Part shown: positions 8,418 through 12,491 of the stretch, piece after piece | Layout of the letters: each line of letters begins with the position of its first letter | Numbering within the stretch: position 1 is the stretch's first letter | DNA from: Chthonomonas calidirosea | Lineage (GTDB): Bacteria; Armatimonadota; Fimbriimonadia; Fimbriimonadales; Fimbriimonadaceae | NCBI GenBank assembly: GCA_945859975.1 | Contig: CAMAPH010000064.1 | Location: 1-12,491 of the forward strand | DNA length: 12,491 nucleotides | Direction of reading: 5' to 3' | The notes under the pieces: model-generated | What the model was told of the DNA's origin: nothing | The model's input: only the letters and a program-made list of their open reading frames with translations | The model's database searches: none | Program-made: the position numbers and the translations under genes

Positions 8418-10931
8418 ATGAAGGCGAATCGTTATCGTTGGTTGGGTGGGCTTGCCGTGGTCGGCGCGGTAGCGGTGGTAGCTGGTTGGCAAAAATTCCA
8501 GTTTCCAAGCCTTGGCAAACAGCCCAACGGCAACTACATCGTCAGCTCTGGACAAGAAATCAACCCGGGCACCATCTCTTTCGATGGTCGCCCGTCGGAC
8601 TTTGCGTTACACCCGACCCAAGACCTGCTCGCGGTCATGACCAACCGCGAGGTGTTCATCTCCACTCCAACCGGAGTGCTCGCGAAGACGAATAGTTCGC
8701 TGCCGAAAGACTCCGAAGCCGGCTTTACCGGAGTCATTTGGGCCGGCGACCCCGCCAGTAATCGCTTCATCATCAGCACAAACCAGGGCTACTTGCAGGA
8801 GTACGTCTACGAAAATCAAGCGGTCACGGCGAAAGAGAAGATTTGGCTTGTTGACGAGAAATCGCCAAAGTCGGTCTGGCCAGGCGGAATGTGCCTAAGC
8901 AAGGACAGGTCGAAGTTGTATGTCGCCGTGCTAGAGCTCGGCGAAGTTGCCGAAATCGACTTGGCAACGCACAAGAAAGTTCGCTCGTTTACGGTCGAGC
9001 GACTTCCGTTCGGCTGCCAACTGAGTGAAGACCAGAAGACCCTGGTCGTATCCAACTGGGGCGGACGGTTGCCGAAAGACTCTGACCGAACGGGCAAAAC
9101 CGGGGCTCAGCAGATCGTAGTCGACGAACGGGGCACGACCGCAACCGGAACGGTCAGCTTGATCAATCTTGAATCCGGCAGCACCACCTCGGTTCCGGTT
9201 GGCATCCACCCGAACAGTATCGCTATCGAGAACGGAAATGCTTATGTCGCGAACGGCATGAGCGACTCAGTGTCGGAGATCAACCTCGGTTCGAAAAAGG
9301 TCACCCGAACTCTAAGCACGTCGGCCCTTGGCGTCAAGCTTGCGGGGGGTATGTCAAACGCCGTTGCCGTACTCGGGGATCGACTGCTGGTTGCAAACGG
9401 AGGAGATAACGCGGTCGTTGAACTAAGCCTCTCGACAGGAAAGGTCCTCGGGCTACGCCCAGCAGGCTTCTTCCCTTGCTCGCTTCAGCTTTCACACGAC
9501 AGAAAGTACGCTTACGCCCTCAACAGCAAAGGCAACGGCTCCGTTGCGAACACCTCGCGGGGCCTAGCGGGAGATCCGCATGATTTTCAGGGCACGATCT
9601 CCGTTCTCAATCTCTCGGCAGATCTCAAACTAGCGACCAAGCGGGTCGCCGAGCTGAACCACTGGAACCGGAACGAGACCGCCAAGGCAAAGAAGCTTCC
9701 GATCTATAACGGTGCCATCAAGCACGTGCTCTACATCATCAAGGAGAACCAGACTTACGATGCGATCTTTGGGGACTTGCCACAAGGCAACGGCGATCCA
9801 AAACTCTGCGTCCTCGGCGAACAAGTGATGCCAAACCATCGCAAACTTGCCCGAGAGTTCACGCTTCACGACAACGGATACGTGAGCGGGACGAACAGTG
9901 CAGATGGGCACGCTTGGTCTACTCAGGCTATCGCGAATGACTATATGGAGCACGAGTACGTCGGCTACCGGACCTACCCGGACGATGGCGACTGCGCTAT
10001 GTCGCTTTCCGGCACGGGCGCAATCTGGGACGCTGCGCTGAAGAAGGGCAAGACCCTCCGCGTCTACGGCGAGTATTGCGACGATGCGCTCGCGACCTTT
10101 GAGCCTCGGGCACCAAAGAACTGGTTCGAAGCGTGGGAAGATCGCCAGAGCGGTCGAAACATGTTCAAGTTTAAGACCGAAACGCGGGTTCCCAGCCTGA
10201 AGCCCTACATCTCGCGCGACTTGCATTATTGGCCGATCATTCAGAGCGACCAGTCTCGCGCCGACGTTTTCCTTCGTGAATATGAGAAGTTCAGCAAAGA
10301 GGACAAGGTCCCGAACCTGATGATCCTCACGCTCACCAACGACCACGGTTCCGGCACCGATCCAAACTTCCCTACATTCCGCGCCATGGCGGCCGATAAC
10401 GATCTTGCCCTTGGCCGAATTGTTGATGCCGTATCGAAGAGCCCGCAGTGGAAGAACACCGCAATCTTCGTGATCGAAGACGACGGTCAGGCACTTCCGG
10501 ACCACGTGGACGGTCACCGAACGGTTTATATGGCGATTTCGCCGTACACGCGACGCGGATTTGTGGATCACACCATATACACCACGGTCGACATGATTCG
10601 GTCCATTGAGCTCATGCTTGGTCTCGATCCCATGAACCGGCTCGACTGGGCGGCTAAGCCACTCACGACCTGTTTTATGAACAAGCCGGACTTCTCTCCG
10701 TATCAATTCGTCGCGAACAAGATTCCGCTAGATGAGCGCAATCCCACGGCAAATGAACTTTCCGCCGAAGGGCGGCAGTTCCTGAAAACAAGCCTGAGCC
10801 TGGACTGGACCCACTTGGACGGGCCCGATCCGGAAAAGCTTCGCCGCATCAACTGGTTCTCCGCGACCAAGGGACGACCCTATCCCGAGCAGTATGCCGA
10901 CCGGAACCGGGAGGATGAGGATGACGACTAA
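8418..10931 (+). CDS. Secreted YncE/YVTN beta-propeller plus phosphoesterase (alkaline phosphatase superfamily, AcpA/PLC-like) fusion (837 aa)
   Basis: N-terminal signal/anchor. Propeller blades (LYVAV, LVVSNWGG, VPVGIHPNSI, AYVANGMSDSVSEI, LLVANGGDNAV). Phosphoesterase motifs IKHVLYIIKENQTYD, NSADGHAW, LTNDHG, ADNDLALGRIVDAVSKSPQWKNTAIFVIEDDGQ and DHVDGHR. Confidence 0.9.
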   Translation: MKANRYRWLGGLAVVGAVAVVAGWQKFQFPSLGKQPNGNYIVSSGQEINPGTISFDGRPSDFALHPTQDLLAVMTNREVFISTPTGVLAKTNSSLPKDSEAGFTGVIWAGDPASNRFIISTNQGYLQEYVYENQAVTAKEKIWLVDEKSPKSVWPGGMCLSKDRSKLYVAVLELGEVAEIDLATHKKVRSFTVERLPFGCQLSEDQKTLVVSNWGGRLPKDSDRTGKTGAQQIVVDERGTTATGTVSLINLESGSTTSVPVGIHPNSIAIENGNAYVANGMSDSVSEINLGSKKVTRTLSTSALGVKLAGGMSNAVAVLGDRLLVANGGDNAVVELSLSTGKVLGLRPAGFFPCSLQLSHDRKYAYALNSKGNGSVANTSRGLAGDPHDFQGTISVLNLSADLKLATKRVAELNHWNRNETAKAKKLPIYNGAIKHVLYIIKENQTYDAIFGDLPQGNGDPKLCVLGEQVMPNHRKLAREFTLHDNGYVSGTNSADGHAWSTQAIANDYMEHEYVGYRTYPDDGDCAMSLSGTGAIWDAALKKGKTLRVYGEYCDDALATFEPRAPKNWFEAWEDRQSGRNMFKFKTETRVPSLKPYISRDLHYWPIIQSDQSRADVFLREYEKFSKEDKVPNLMILTLTNDHGSGTDPNFPTFRAMAADNDLALGRIVDAVSKSPQWKNTAIFVIEDDGQALPDHVDGHRTVYMAISPYTRRGFVDHTIYTTVDMIRSIELMLGLDPMNRLDWAAKPLTTCFMNKPDFSPYQFVANKIPLDERNPTANELSAEGRQFLKTSLSLDWTHLDGPDPEKLRRINWFSATKGRPYPEQYADRNREDEDDD

Positions 10932-11003
10932 CCTGTTAGTCCGAAGACAATTTATTAAGAACACCTTAATACTCAAACGATCTAACAAGTACTTTTTCAA
11001 TTG

Positions 11004-11037
11004 CTTTACCATGTTTTAACAAGCCGTGTGAGATGAT
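11004..11037 (+). promoter_or_regulatory. Putative pho-box-like direct repeat plus extended -10 of prepilin gene 1
   Basis: CTTTACC-atgt-TTTAACA-10 nt-GATGAT, preceded by TGn. A weak in-phase third unit TTTTTCA lies at 10993. Confidence 0.55.
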
Positions 11038-11068
11038 GAGATGGGCAGCTCGTGCCCAGAGAAACTCA

Positions 11069-11971
11069 ATGAACATGGTCCAGGTCAATCGGAAGTCGGC
11101 ATTCACTCTAATTGAACTCCTCGTTGTCATCGCAATTATTGCGATCCTTGCAGCAATCCTCTTCCCTGTTTTTGCTCAGGCTAAGACGGCGGCGAAGAAA
11201 TCAGCATCCATCTCCAATAGCAAGCAAATTGGGCTTGCCCATCAACTTTACATGGGTGATTACGATGACGTATTCGTAACCTCCTGGGCACGCGGATTCC
11301 CCGGCGACGCCAATTTCTGGGTTCAGCCCTACATGAAGAATCTTCAAATTCTTATGGAGCCGAACAAGACAGTCACCACATCTGGCGTTGCTTCGATTTG
11401 TGCAAACGACCCATACTACGGCAGCTACGAGATGCAGGCTGGCGGACGAGACAACCCAACGGGCGAGAACTTTGTTTGGGGCTACGGCATCAACAAGGGT
11501 GCGTTCTGGATGGACGGTACCGGTATTCACAACGTTGGTTTCAACCCGCCGAACCGCGGCGAACAGATTCAAAGCACGATTGGTGGCAAGCCAGTAACCA
11601 TCACCGTTTGGAGCACGCACATCGGCCGGAGCGCAACTTCGGTGGTCGCACCAGCTTCAACCTTCTTCATGGGTAGCTCAGCGGAGTTGCCACGAATGAG
11701 CATCCAGTTGGAAGCTCAAACGCCCATCAACTTCCCTGGTCTCAGCAACGATCAAAAGAACTCGGCTTGCTTCCTTGCGACGCACGCTGGTGTTCCATAC
11801 GCTGGCGGAAACACCTTCGTCTTCGTAGACGGCCACGTCAAGTGGGAGCAGTACAACGGTACGCCAATCGGAAACGGTAGCTTGCCGATGGTTACCAACA
11901 ATCCTTGCCGATACAACGCAGACAGAGACCCGAGCGAGAACTACCAGAACTGCCAGAACGGCTGGCGATAA
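11069..11971 (+). CDS. Prepilin-type N-terminal cleavage/methylation domain protein (DUF1559/H-X9-DG-like)
   Basis: [32 protein letters not shown], SNxKQIGLA..Y..DYDD, QPYMKN, YGIN and C-terminal [14 protein letters not shown]. Start probably 11069 or 11075, since ATG 11033 lies inside the putative -10. Confidence 0.9.
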   Translation: MNMVQVNRKSAFTLIELLVVIAIIAILAAILFPVFAQAKTAAKKSASISNSKQIGLAHQLYMGDYDDVFVTSWARGFPGDANFWVQPYMKNLQILMEPNKTVTTSGVASICANDPYYGSYEMQAGGRDNPTGENFVWGYGINKGAFWMDGTGIHNVGFNPPNRGEQIQSTIGGKPVTITVWSTHIGRSATSVVAPASTFFMGSSAELPRMSIQLEAQTPINFPGLSNDQKNSACFLATHAGVPYAGGNTFVFVDGHVKWEQYNGTPIGNGSLPMVTNNPCRYNADRDPSENYQNCQNGWR

Positions 11972-11979
11972 TGCTCCTC

Positions 11980-12005
11980 TTGGCTAGACAGCGTAGTCTG
12001 GCCAA
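11980..12005 (+). terminator. Putative stem-loop after prepilin gene 1
   Basis: TTGGCTAGAC-agcgta-GTCTGGCCAA gives 10 bp with one U-G wobble that pairs only in the + strand RNA. It is 8 nt after the stop, with only a weak tail (TATT). Confidence 0.5.
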
Positions 12006-12031
12006 TATTCCGCACTGACTATTTCGATAGC

Positions 12032-12065
12032 CTTAACCATCCCTTAAAGCTAAACTCAGCATATT
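12032..12065 (+). promoter_or_regulatory. Putative pho-box-like direct repeat plus -10 of prepilin gene 2
   Basis: CTTAACC-atcc-CTTAAAG-10 nt-CATATT. Confidence 0.6.
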
Positions 12066-12099
12066 TCTTCGGTTCGGATTAAAGGCCCGAAAATCTTCC

Positions 12100-12491
12100 A
12101 TGAAAAAACTCGGATTCACCCTCATCGAGCTTCTTGTAGTTATTGCAATTATCGCAATTCTAGCCGCCATCCTATTCCCAGTATTTGCCCAAGCAAAGGC
12201 GGCGGCTAAAAAGACAACGTGCCTCAGCAGCGTCAAGCAACTAAGTCTAGGCGTCATTCTTTACACCAATGACTACGAGGATTACTACATGCAGCGTTTG
12301 GTAGGCACCAACACTTCTGGTACGGAACATTGGGTGGATTTGATTCAGCCTTATGTTAAGAACAAGCAGATCGTTCAGTGCCCAGACTACAAAGCTCCCG
12401 CCAATCGAAATCCTTTGTTGACCTACTACGGTTACGCAACCAACACCCACATCGTAACGGCAATCCCAGACCCAAACTTTTCCGCGACGTC
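12100..12491 (+). CDS. Second prepilin-type N-terminal cleavage/methylation domain protein (3' truncated by window)
   Basis: Not in the ORF track. Manual translation from ATG 12100: [63 protein letters not shown]...[19 protein letters not shown]...YGYATN. Open to the window end. Confidence 0.93.
   Translation, partial: MKKLGFTLIELLVVIAIIAILAAILFPVFAQAKAAAKKTTCLSSVKQLSLGVILYTNDYEDYYMQRLVGTNTSGTEHWVDLIQPYVKNKQIVQCPDYKAPANRNPLLTYYGYATNTHIVTAIPDPNFSAT

Noticed and set aside
9630..10706. 358-aa antisense ORF
   Set aside because: Lies wholly opposite the well-supported phosphoesterase domain, has V/R/H-skewed composition and no motifs. Typical shadow ORF.
10927..10940. Palindrome ACTAAC-ct-GTTAGT over the phosphoesterase stop codon
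   Set aside because: A 2-nt loop and 6-bp AT-rich arms are too weak for a terminator, and no second copy was seen to support an operator.
12033..12450. Two minus-strand ORFs in the track (74 and 67 aa)
   Set aside because: Antisense shadows of the second prepilin gene starting at 12100.
11069..12491. Diversity-generating retroelement or shufflon-type pilin variation
   Set aside because: No reverse transcriptase or recombinase in the window and no near-identical nucleotide repeats; the shared region differs at most synonymous sites.

Overview
Bacterial genomic window. The invariant prepilin-like N-terminus [28 protein letters not shown] suggests Armatimonadota (Fimbriimonadia-like), which is an inference. 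The window is mostly secreted or membrane proteins: a small membrane-anchored hypothetical, a DUF1003 membrane protein, a multi-PPC-like-domain gene split by one in-frame TAA, a TolB-like double beta-propeller/Ig protein, a GH9 glycoside hydrolase, a Met-rich NTF2-like protein, a YncE/YVTN propeller-phosphoesterase fusion, and two tandem prepilin-type (DUF1559/H-X9-DG-like) genes. The second prepilin gene is truncated by the window edge and absent from the ORF track. The main observation is that the phosphoesterase and both prepilin genes each have the same upstream layout: two YTT(A/T)A heptamers 11 bp apart, exactly 10 nt before a -10-like hexamer. This is pho-box geometry and suggests the uncharacterised prepilin-like proteins belong to a phosphate-starvation regulon. 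No rRNA, tRNA, CRISPR array or mobile element was recognised.
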